NCBI RefSeq assembly: GCF_001306055.1
Contig: NZ_LGHJ01000011.1
Location: forward strand, 150,001-182,000
Origin: Bellilinea caldifistulae
GTDB taxonomy: Bacteria > Chloroflexota > Anaerolineae > Anaerolineales > Anaerolineaceae
DNA length: 32,000 bases
Direction: 5' to 3'
Each line of letters opens with the position of its first letter. The first letter of the stretch is position 1. Below the pieces are notes generated by a model. It was not told the DNA's origin and did no database searches. It saw only the letters and a program-made list of their open reading frames with translations. Below, piece after piece: positions 19,857 to 27,288 of the stretch. A program made the position numbers and the translations under genes.

Positions 19857-22184
19857 TTACTCCGCCGGCCGTAAATAACCCATACCTTTCTTGCCGTCCA
19901 TCCGAATTTCCAGCCGGTGGGCTGGGCGCTCGGCCGGCAGGTGAATGACTTTGATGCACTCCAGCGCCGCCGAATTTTCCTCAATCCAGACTGACCGCTG
20001 GTCAGTTGCCCGGCGCAAAAATGCCAGATTGAGATAATCGTCTTCTTCTTCCGCCGAAACCGCCAGCGGGAAAATGCCCGACTCGACCAGATCCTGAAAG
20101 AAATGCGTGCCGTAGGACGGCTCGGAGGCATAGCCGCCTTTGCGGCTGGTCAGTTCGATCAGCGCGCGGGTGTTGAAAATATCGGCATAGGTGACCGGCA
20201 CACCCTGCATGAAATCGGTCGAGCCCCAGCGCCCCGGCCCGATCAGGACGAAGTTTTTGCCTTCCAGCGCGCGGTTGATCTGGGCAATCCGGCGGGCTGT
20301 TTCGCTGAAATCATGCGCCGAGGGCAGGCGGTAGTATTTTTCCGGATCCACAAAGACGATGTACTCCACCCCCTCCACCACCCCCAGCGGCACCATCCGG
20401 TTGCTGACAAAGATCACATCCTCGTCGCGCACTCCCTCTGGCAACCGCACCGCCAAATCGGCATTCCAGCTGTGATGCGGGCGGCATTGCAGCAGGTGAA
20501 ATTTCAGGTCGGGCTTGCCACCTTCCCCCGGCTGAATCGTCAGGGCAAACTCCACATCTACCGCCGAGTGGTACTCCTCCGCCAATCGGCTCAGAATATT
20601 GCGCAGCAGGGGAACGAAATCGGTTTGCAGCAGCCGTTCAAACGTGACCACGAACTGGCTGGGCTGCAGCGAAAGCCCCAGCGTCAACGGCGGGCGGATT
20701 GTCTCGCCATCGTCCACCGAGATGACCCAGCGCAGTGCCGGAAAGTCCGTCCCCAGCACCTCTTGCACCGGCAGAGTGACCAGCGCATTGCTTTGCAAGT
20801 CAATCACATCCATCTGATGCTGAGAGTACTGGCGGATCGCCTGCGGGGTCACCTCCGGGCGCAGGTTAGGATGACTCAGACCGATCAGGCGGGGGTAATC
20901 GTTGGGGGTGCGTTCCACGGCGCGCGTCCCCAGCCCAACCACCAGGCGGGCAAAGCCCTCCTCCCGGCGCAGGCGCGGGTTCCACACAATCGGGCTGAAC
21001 GAGTAGGCAACGCCGGCTGCTGACGGGAAATACTTCCCCCGATACGGCTGACCCTGCACCTCTTGAATCAGGATCGCCATGCGTTCGTCGTAGTCAATCA
21101 GCCCCATCCGGCGGCGGTACGAAAGCGCATCCGGATTGTAAATGCTGGCATACGCCCGCCGGATTGCCAGAGTCAGGTCGCGCAGGTTTTCTTTGAGGCT
21201 GCCCTGGTTGGGGCAGAAAACGCTCAGGTACTTGCCTGCAAATGACGCGCCAAAATTATCCTCCAACAGGCTGGAAGAGCGCACGATCAGGGGGGTGTTG
21301 CCCACCTCGCGCAGCAGGTCGCGCAGTTGATCGGCAATCTCCTCCGGAAAGCGCCCGCCGGCGTATTTTTCCTGAATCAGCGGGTAATCCTGCCGGATTT
21401 GCTCATCCGATTTGTACTTCTGATTGACGTATTCCAGATCGTTCAGCGCGAGGAAGTCGTAGAACACATCCGCACCGATGAAGTACGAACGTGGCAGGGT
21501 GATGCGCTCGGCCAACTGGGGGACAGTCGCCTGCAGGATTTTATAGGCCAGCAGCATTCCGGCGGCTTTGCCGCCAATTTTGCCGCTGCCGATGCGGTGG
21601 CGGATGATGTAGCTGAAATCGGCAGCCGTGAACCAGCGTTTGGCAATTCGGATGAAGCCCAGCTGGTCACTCAGCAGGCTTTTGAGCAGCACCACCCGCA
21701 GCTCTTCGAGATGGTGCTGCACCTGAGCGCGCTGCTCCGGCGGCAGAGATTCGTAGGCTTCTGCCTGACGCAGTACCATCTCCAGCGGAGCCAGTTCCGG
21801 GTTGAAACGCAGGCTGATTTCCGATCCAACCGGCGGGCGCTCTCCTCCGCGATCGGCCAGCACATCATCTACAATCTTGTGCAGCAGTTCAATCGGCAGG
21901 TTGTAGGCAAAGTAAAAATCGGTCAGGATGCGACGGATGCGGTGATAGCGCAACTCCCAACGTTCGCTGTCCTCCGGACGCTGCTCATCGCCCAGCCCTT
22001 CGCGCTTCTGCGATTCGATGGCCTTTTCGCGGATTTCCTGCTCGAACCGCTCCGGCGAAATGATCCCACGCTGGAACAACTCCTCGCGCATCCGCCGACG
22101 GATGGAGGAAGCCAGCATGGGGTACTGCGCCAGCAGCAGGTAAATTTCCAGAATTTTCGATGACTCAGGGGGAATAACCGACAT
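19857..22184 (-). CDS. PEP/pyruvate-binding (PPDK_N, ATP-grasp) domain protein lacking recognisable swivel-His and PEP-utilising domains; function unknown
   Basis: 775 aa with GSGKIGGKAAGMLLA and VRSSSLLEDNFGASFAGKY motifs, typical of the nucleotide-binding domain of pyruvate,water/phosphate dikinases. A ~190-aa N-terminal region and a ~250-aa C-terminal region are unassigned. Confidence 0.75.
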   Translation of the reverse strand: MSVIPPESSKILEIYLLLAQYPMLASSIRRRMREELFQRGIISPERFEQEIREKAIESQKREGLGDEQRPEDSERWELRYHRIRRILTDFYFAYNLPIELLHKIVDDVLADRGGERPPVGSEISLRFNPELAPLEMVLRQAEAYESLPPEQRAQVQHHLEELRVVLLKSLLSDQLGFIRIAKRWFTAADFSYIIRHRIGSGKIGGKAAGMLLAYKILQATVPQLAERITLPRSYFIGADVFYDFLALNDLEYVNQKYKSDEQIRQDYPLIQEKYAGGRFPEEIADQLRDLLREVGNTPLIVRSSSLLEDNFGASFAGKYLSVFCPNQGSLKENLRDLTLAIRRAYASIYNPDALSYRRRMGLIDYDERMAILIQEVQGQPYRGKYFPSAAGVAYSFSPIVWNPRLRREEGFARLVVGLGTRAVERTPNDYPRLIGLSHPNLRPEVTPQAIRQYSQHQMDVIDLQSNALVTLPVQEVLGTDFPALRWVISVDDGETIRPPLTLGLSLQPSQFVVTFERLLQTDFVPLLRNILSRLAEEYHSAVDVEFALTIQPGEGGKPDLKFHLLQCRPHHSWNADLAVRLPEGVRDEDVIFVSNRMVPLGVVEGVEYIVFVDPEKYYRLPSAHDFSETARRIAQINRALEGKNFVLIGPGRWGSTDFMQGVPVTYADIFNTRALIELTSRKGGYASEPSYGTHFFQDLVESGIFPLAVSAEEEDDYLNLAFLRRATDQRSVWIEENSAALECIKVIHLPAERPAHRLEIRMDGKKGMGYLRPAE

Positions 22185-22201
22185 ACCTCACCGCCTGCCA
22201 G

Positions 22202-22254
22202 AGAGGGTATAAAATTCTGCTTCACTTTGGCGAATGCTGAAAATTATACCCTCT
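22202..22254. promoter_or_regulatory. 11-bp perfect inverted repeat AGAGGGTATAA-N31-TTATACCCTCT between the gdh stop and the PPDK_N gene start
   Basis: The arms are at 22202..22212 and 22244..22254. On the minus strand the first arm contains TATAAT. Confidence 0.4.
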
Positions 22255-22265
22255 TCCGCCCATTT

Positions 22266-23528
22266 TTACGCCCAGCCGCGCAGCCGAACCGCTTCCGCCA
22301 CCCGGCTAACCGCCACCAGATAAGCCGCCTTGCGGTAGTCCACACCGTGCTGCCGGGCAACCTCATGGACCTTCCAAAACGCACCGGTCATGCGCTGGTC
22401 AAGCCGCTGATGCACCTCGTCCTCATCCCAGTAATAGCCGTAGGCATTTTGCACCATCTCAAAGTACGAAACGGTAACGCCGCCGGCGTTGCACAAAAAG
22501 TCGGGCAGCACGACGGCTTTTTTGGCAAACAGCACCGCGTCGGCTTCCGGCGTGGTCGGGCCGTTGGCCAGCTCGGCGATGAACCGCGCCTTGATTCGCT
22601 CGCAATTTTCCTGATGGATGGCGTTTTCCAGCGCGGCCGGAATCAGCACCTGCACATCCAGTTCAAGCAGTTCGGCATTGCTGACCGGCTGTGCGCCGGG
22701 GAAGTTGACCACTGAACCGGTGCGCTGCTTGTGCGCCAGCACCGCCTCGTAGTCCAGGCCGTCCGGGTTGTAAATACCGCCGCGCGAGTCGGAAACCGCC
22801 ACCACCTTGAGTCCGAGCAGCTCAGCGCCCAGTTTGTGGGCAAAAGAACCGGCGTTGCCGTATCCCTGAATGGCGGTCGTTGCGCCGCGCAAATCCACCT
22901 GATGGGCTTTGGCGGCCTCGCGCAGACAGTACATTCCGCCGCGAGCCGTGGCATCCCCGCGCCCGGCCGAGCCGCCCAGCGCCAGCGGTTTGCCGGTGAT
23001 CATCCCAAATTCGGTGTAACCGCGCTGGTAGGAAAACTCATCCACCATCCAGGCCATGATCTGGGGAGTGGTGTACACATCCGGCGCCGGTACATCCGCC
23101 TCGGCGCCCAAAATGCGCCCCACCTGACGAATGTAGGCGCGACTGAGCCGTTCCAGTTCACCGGGAGAAAGCTGCTTGGGGTCGCAGATGATTCCGCCCT
23201 TGCCGCCCCCCAGCGGCAAGTCCATCACGGCGGTTTTCCAGGTCATCCAGGCTGCCAGCGCACGCACGGTATCCACCGTTTCCTCGCTGTGGTAGCGGAT
23301 TCCGCCCTTGCACGGACCGCGCGCATCGTTGTACTGAACGCGAAAGCCTTGAAAAATGCGCACCGTGCCGTCATCCATGCGCACTGGAAGGGTGACATGC
23401 AATTCACGCATCGGCCAGCGCAGCAGCTCATGCACCGCCGCGTCTAATTGCAACAGGCGCGCGGCTTCATCGAGTTGCTGCTGAGCCACCCGAAACGGGT
23501 TATAGGGTTGAGAAGATGAAGCAGACAT
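22266..23528 (-). CDS. gdhA: NAD(P)-dependent glutamate dehydrogenase
   Basis: Contains the PLGGGKGG active-site Lys motif of Glu/Leu/Phe/Val dehydrogenases. The start is ATG 23528, preceded by AAGGAGGAAG; the 20-codon upstream extension in the track is unlikely. Confidence 0.92.
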   Translation of the reverse strand: MSASSSQPYNPFRVAQQQLDEAARLLQLDAAVHELLRWPMRELHVTLPVRMDDGTVRIFQGFRVQYNDARGPCKGGIRYHSEETVDTVRALAAWMTWKTAVMDLPLGGGKGGIICDPKQLSPGELERLSRAYIRQVGRILGAEADVPAPDVYTTPQIMAWMVDEFSYQRGYTEFGMITGKPLALGGSAGRGDATARGGMYCLREAAKAHQVDLRGATTAIQGYGNAGSFAHKLGAELLGLKVVAVSDSRGGIYNPDGLDYEAVLAHKQRTGSVVNFPGAQPVSNAELLELDVQVLIPAALENAIHQENCERIKARFIAELANGPTTPEADAVLFAKKAVVLPDFLCNAGGVTVSYFEMVQNAYGYYWDEDEVHQRLDQRMTGAFWKVHEVARQHGVDYRKAAYLVAVSRVAEAVRLRGWA

Positions 23529-23835
23529 AAAAAACTTCCTCCTTGGCGAAGTAGAATGCTGGCGAATCACCTCTTTTGGAGGTAGCAAACCGATAGGATA
23601 AGTTAAAGTGCAGCGCCGCGAGTCCTCTACGGCGTCTGGGTGATTTGCTCCGCCGGCACAGGCAGAGAACCCTCCCGGCGGCAGCCCTCGCTTGAAATCA
23701 ACGCGTGGGGGGAGTTATTGTAATAATCGGGGCGTGGGGTGAACGGCTAACGGGAACCCGCTGCAACCGTCTAGTGGAAAAACGCAGCAACCAATTACCT
23801 CAAATCCGGACGGTCTGTTTTCAAAAAGTTGGGCT

Positions 23836-23864
23836 ATTTTATATTCATTTCATCCGTTTTGTAA
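23836..23864 (-). promoter_or_regulatory. candidate gdh promoter
   Basis: TTACAA (23864..23859), a 17-nt spacer, then TAAAAT (23841..23836) on the minus strand. If used, the 5' leader is ~300 nt. Confidence 0.3.
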
Positions 23865-23937
23865 AGGGATTGAAGGAAAATTCAGATCATTTTTCCGAAA
23901 AAATCGCTTCGGTTGAATTTTTTTAACCTTTTCTTAA

Positions 23938-23965
23938 TTGACTTTTTCAAAAAACTCACTATACT
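23938..23965 (+). promoter_or_regulatory. sigma70-type promoter for the Met leader and downstream PLP enzyme
   Basis: TTGACT (23938..23943), a 16-nt spacer, then TATACT (23960..23965). An A/T-rich tract lies upstream. Confidence 0.6.
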
Positions 23966-23996
23966 ATGGGGTAATTCCCGTTCAGGTAAACATTCG

Positions 23997-24113
23997 ATGA
24001 CCTTAATTCCTGCAAGCCTGCTGATTGCTCTCTCCCTCATGGCGATGATGATGGCGATGGTCATGCGCGGCCTCATCCAGCAGGCAGCGCTTGCACGGAG
24101 ACGGGTCGAATAA
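23997..24113 (+). CDS. candidate methionine leader peptide, 38 aa: MTLIPASLLIALSLMAMMMAMVMRGLIQQAALARRRVE
   Basis: This is the promoter-distal part of track ORF 23913..24113. There are six AUG codons within nine codons (24039..24065). CAGGCAGC (24081..24088), inside the ORF, is identical to the terminator right arm and so can pair with the left arm. Confidence 0.6.
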   Translation: MTLIPASLLIALSLMAMMMAMVMRGLIQQAALARRRVE

Positions 24114-24146
24114 AAACCGGCTTCTGCATCGCTCATCGTCCACCAG

Positions 24147-24187
24147 CGGGCTGCCTGCAAGGTTCAGGCAGCCCGTTTTTTATTTTT
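24147..24187 (+). terminator. intrinsic terminator (attenuator) 21 nt upstream of the PLP-enzyme ATG
   Basis: CGGGCTGCCTG-CAAGGTT-CAGGCAGCCCG followed by TTTTTTATTTTT: an 11-bp stem with a U-tract. Only the RBS (GGAGG) fits between it and ATG 24209. Confidence 0.85.
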
Positions 24188-24208
24188 CAGTTCCCCGGAG
24201 GTATTCCC

Positions 24209-25456
24209 ATGACACAAACTGTGCCCCTTTCCACCCTGATAGACCTGCTCAACCGGCAACCGGACCCCGAATCATGGGGCGATTCGACCCGTGCCATTCA
24301 TGCCGGCAGCCAGCGCGAAAAACCCTACCACGCCATCATCGAACCGCTGGTACAAACCGCCACCTACACATTTCGCAACAGCGAGGAAGTGATTGCCTAT
24401 CAGGACGCTCACAGCCGCGGCCTGCCCACCGACCGTCTCGAATACGGGCGCTACGGCAACCCGACCATCGCCGCCTGCGAGGCACGCCTGGCCGCCCTGG
24501 AAGGCGCCGAAACCGCCATCCAGTTTGCCAGCGGCATGGCCGCGATTACCACCACCCTGCTGGCCTGTCTGCGCAGCGGCGACCATCTGGTGATGACCGA
24601 CGACTGTTACCGTCGGACGCGCCAGATCTGTCTGGAATTTTTAGCGCGTTTTGACATTCAGACCAGCGTCGTACCCATCGGCGATTACGCTGCGCTGGAA
24701 GACGCCATCCGCCCGAACACCCGCTTGCTGCTCTCCGAAACGCCCACCAATCCCTATCTGCGCGTGCTGGATCTGGAACGATTTTCTGAAATCGCCCACC
24801 GCCATCGGCTGATCAGCGTGGTGGATACCACCTTTGCCACCCCCTTCAACCAGCGCCCGCTGGATTGGGGTGTGGACATCGTCATTCACTCGGCCACCAA
24901 GTATCTGGGCGGTCACAATGACCTTCTGGCCGGCTTCGCTGCCGGCAGCGCCGCGGCTCTGACTCCTGTGCGTGAACTGCACAACATTCTTGGCGCCACC
25001 GCCGACCCGCACAACGCCTACCTGCTGCTGCGGGGCATTAAGACCCTCAGCATCCGGCTGGGGCGCCATAATGAAAACGGGCAACGGGTCGCCGAATTTC
25101 TGGAATCCCACCCGGCTGTCGAGCAGGTCTGGTATCCCGGTCTGCCCTCCCATCCCGATTACGCAGTGGCCAGCGCGCAGATGAAAGGCTTTGGCGGTGT
25201 GGTTTCTTTCACCGTGCGCGGCGGCCTGTACGATACCGCTCGCTTCATTGACCGCCTGCAAATCCCCTACATTTCGCCTTCGCTGGGCGGAACGGAGAGT
25301 CTGGTCATTCAACCGGCACTGATGTCCTACTACGATGTCCCACCGGAAAAACGACAGGCGCTGGGCATCCGCGACAATCTGGTGCGCCTGTCATTGGGGC
25401 TTGAGGATGCCGACGACTTGATCGCAGACCTGAAGCAGGCTCTCGAAGCGTTGTAA
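24209..25456 (+). CDS. Cys/Met-metabolism PLP-dependent enzyme (cystathionine gamma-synthase / O-acylhomoserine sulfhydrylase family)
   Basis: 415 aa with the PLP-lysine signature DIVIHSATKYLGGHND and an N-terminal STRAIHAG motif. The exact reaction cannot be assigned by eye. Confidence 0.88.
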   Translation: MTQTVPLSTLIDLLNRQPDPESWGDSTRAIHAGSQREKPYHAIIEPLVQTATYTFRNSEEVIAYQDAHSRGLPTDRLEYGRYGNPTIAACEARLAALEGAETAIQFASGMAAITTTLLACLRSGDHLVMTDDCYRRTRQICLEFLARFDIQTSVVPIGDYAALEDAIRPNTRLLLSETPTNPYLRVLDLERFSEIAHRHRLISVVDTTFATPFNQRPLDWGVDIVIHSATKYLGGHNDLLAGFAAGSAAALTPVRELHNILGATADPHNAYLLLRGIKTLSIRLGRHNENGQRVAEFLESHPAVEQVWYPGLPSHPDYAVASAQMKGFGGVVSFTVRGGLYDTARFIDRLQIPYISPSLGGTESLVIQPALMSYYDVPPEKRQALGIRDNLVRLSLGLEDADDLIADLKQALEAL

Positions 25457-25469
25457 AACCCTCCCTCGG

Positions 25470-25838
25470 TTGACGTCACCACGAGCGAGCGCGGCAATCT
25501 CCCGCAGGGCCGGGAGGGAGATTTCTCGCTTCGCCCGAAATGACGTTTACGGGTATACGTCACCGCGAGCCGCCGCAGGCGGCGTGGCGGTCTCCGGCAG
25601 GGCCGTTGCGGAGGTTGGGCGGGAGACCCCTCACTCCGTTCGGGGTGACATTAGCTGGTTTACGTCACAGCGAGCCGCCGTCAGGCGGCGTGGCGGTCTC
25701 CGGCAGGGCCGTTGCGGAGGTTGGGTGGGAGACCCCTCACTCCGTTCGGGGTGACATTAGCTGGTTTACGTCACCGCGAGCCGCCGTCAGGCGGCGTGGC
25801 GGTCTCCGGCAGGGCCGTTGCGGAGGTTGGGTGGGAGC
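25470..25838 (+). repeat. tandem array of hairpin-forming repeat units: one divergent ~86-nt unit followed by 2.7 near-identical copies of a 105/106-nt unit
   Basis: Unit starts (TACGTCAC...) are at 25556, 25661 and 25767. The copies differ at only 2-3 positions. Internal stems are GCCGCC-GTCA-GGCGGC, GGTCTCC...GGAGACC and GGTGAC...GTCACC. The array starts 14 nt after the PLP-enzyme stop. Confidence 0.9.
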
Positions 25839-26234
25839 CCTCCCAGCGCGGCACCAAGCGCAGTGCGGTGCAAGTGTCGCTGATGCTCGATAGGACGAAC
25901 AAATTGCCAAAAACTACAATCCTACCGGCAGGCGTTTCAATTCGGCAGGATTTTTTCCATAGAGGACTGCTCTTGCCCTGTGGGTAAGGGAATTTTATTC
26001 TTTGGTGACCGGTCGGCGGGCAGGGAATTCGGCGCGTACAAAGAATGTATAAGGTTAGGGAACCAGAGGGATGTTTTTCCGGCTGGCTGGTGTTATAGTA
26101 ATCTTAGATGCAGGTGGGAAAACACAAGCAAAGGAGACAGCCACACCCATCGCCTGCCGGCAGCTAAAGCGTGAATTATTCGGTAAAAATAATTTTTCGT
26201 CAGGCTGCTCCAATTCAAACAAGGAGTAATCAAT

Positions 26235-27041
26235 ATGACTTCGGAATCAAATGGTCCCCTCGTTGCCGCCGCTGCAGAATTGAAAAAATTTCAGGGGCTG
26301 CGCCGTTTTAACCTGATCATGGGCTTTCTGCACCTGATTCAGGGCATTTTCATGTGGGTAGTCAGCAATGATAGAACCTACCCGATTTTCACCAACTACC
26401 TCACCTTCGACCGGGCAACCTTCACCCTGACACCCAACCCACAATTGCTCTACGAACTACCCTTCGGACCGGCTGTAGCCGTCTTCCTGCTCATCTCAGC
26501 CGTTGCCCACTTCTACCTTTCCACCATTGGCTACCGCCCGTATGTCGAAAATCTGAAGAAGGGCATGAACCCCATCCGCTTTTACGAATATGCTCTCAGT
26601 TCCTCGTTGATGGTTGTGCTGATCGGTATGCTGGTCGGCATCTGGGACCTGGGGACGATGATCGCCATTTTCGGCATCAACGCCATGATGAACCTGTTTG
26701 GCATCATGATGGAAGTTCACAACCAGACGACCACGCGGACGAACTGGCTGGCGTTTATTTACGGCTGTCTGGCAGGTATTGTGCCGTGGATCGTGATTTT
26801 CCTGTACTTCATGGGAGCGGTCAACTCCGGCGACGCCAAACCACCGGCTTTTGTCTACGCCATCGTACCCACCCTGTTTGTGATGTTCAACATCTTTGCC
26901 GTCAACATGGTGCTGCAGTACAAAAAGGTCGGCCGATGGAAGGACTATCTCTACGGCGAACGGGTGTATATCATCCTCAGCCTGGTTGCCAAGACCGTGC
27001 TGGCATGGCTGATCTGGTTCGGCACACTCGCCCCGGTGTAG
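26235..27041 (+). CDS. heliorhodopsin (retinal-binding 7-TM photoreceptor family)
   Basis: 268 aa and 7 hydrophobic segments. Block-by-block similarity to heliorhodopsin 48C12 as I recall it: RFNLIMGFLHLIQ, AVAHFYLS, RFYEYALSSSLMVVLIG, IFGINAMMNLFG, CLAGIVPWIVIFLY, and GERVYIILSLVAKTVLAW with the Schiff-base Lys (K253, codon 26991..26993). SD AAGGAG lies 8 nt upstream. Confidence 0.9.
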   Translation: MTSESNGPLVAAAAELKKFQGLRRFNLIMGFLHLIQGIFMWVVSNDRTYPIFTNYLTFDRATFTLTPNPQLLYELPFGPAVAVFLLISAVAHFYLSTIGYRPYVENLKKGMNPIRFYEYALSSSLMVVLIGMLVGIWDLGTMIAIFGINAMMNLFGIMMEVHNQTTTRTNWLAFIYGCLAGIVPWIVIFLYFMGAVNSGDAKPPAFVYAIVPTLFVMFNIFAVNMVLQYKKVGRWKDYLYGERVYIILSLVAKTVLAWLIWFGTLAPV

Positions 27042-27260
27042 AAATACCCGCGCCACAGCCCTTGCCATCGCGAGCAGCATCCAGAACTCTCTGCCATAAC
27101 CACCCGCCGCGGATGGGTCATCGGCAATAGCAGACAGCGCCTTTTCAACACCACTCCATCGGCGCACGCTCAAGGCCAACCATTTCGAACCTTACAAATT
27201 CGTTAACCCAACCCGGACTACCCATCCAGCTCTTGAAAAAAATTTTTTGGGTATATTTTA

Positions 27261-27288
27261 ATAATACGGCAATTCACATCCGTATTAT
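27261..27288. promoter_or_regulatory. 9-bp perfect inverted repeat ATAATACGG-N10-CCGTATTAT upstream of the LamG-like gene
   Basis: The arms are at 27261..27269 and 27280..27288, in an A/T-rich tract that also contains TTGAAA and TATATT promoter-like hexamers. Confidence 0.3.

Noticed and set aside
23913-23996. N-terminal 28 codons of the 66-aa track ORF (MNFFNLFLIDFFKKLTILWGNSRSGKHS).
   Set aside because: This part spans the -35 and -10 hexamers of the promoter itself and is A/T-rich non-coding-like sequence. Only the portion from ATG 23997 lies downstream of the predicted start site.
23970-24190. SAM-I/S-box or other SAM riboswitch upstream of the Met gene.
   Set aside because: There is no recognisable four-way-junction core sequence (for example the conserved ...GAGGGA...GCAACC... 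blocks) by eye. This needs an Rfam scan to exclude it formally.
25556-25838. Possible CRISPR array.
   Set aside because: The repeats are directly adjacent, 105-106 nt long, with no unique spacers between them. No cas genes are nearby.
25470-25987. Three overlapping plus-strand ORFs (94, 117 and 91 aa) with internally repeated peptide sequence.
   Set aside because: They are translations of the tandem 105-nt DNA repeats in different frames. They have no RBS, and their reading frames shift with the 105/106-nt period.
26235-27041. Type-1 microbial rhodopsin (proteorhodopsin, xanthorhodopsin or sensory rhodopsin).
   Set aside because: There is no DTD/DTE/NDQ-type helix-C motif and no ...DxxxK helix-G context. 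Every conserved block matches the heliorhodopsin pattern instead.
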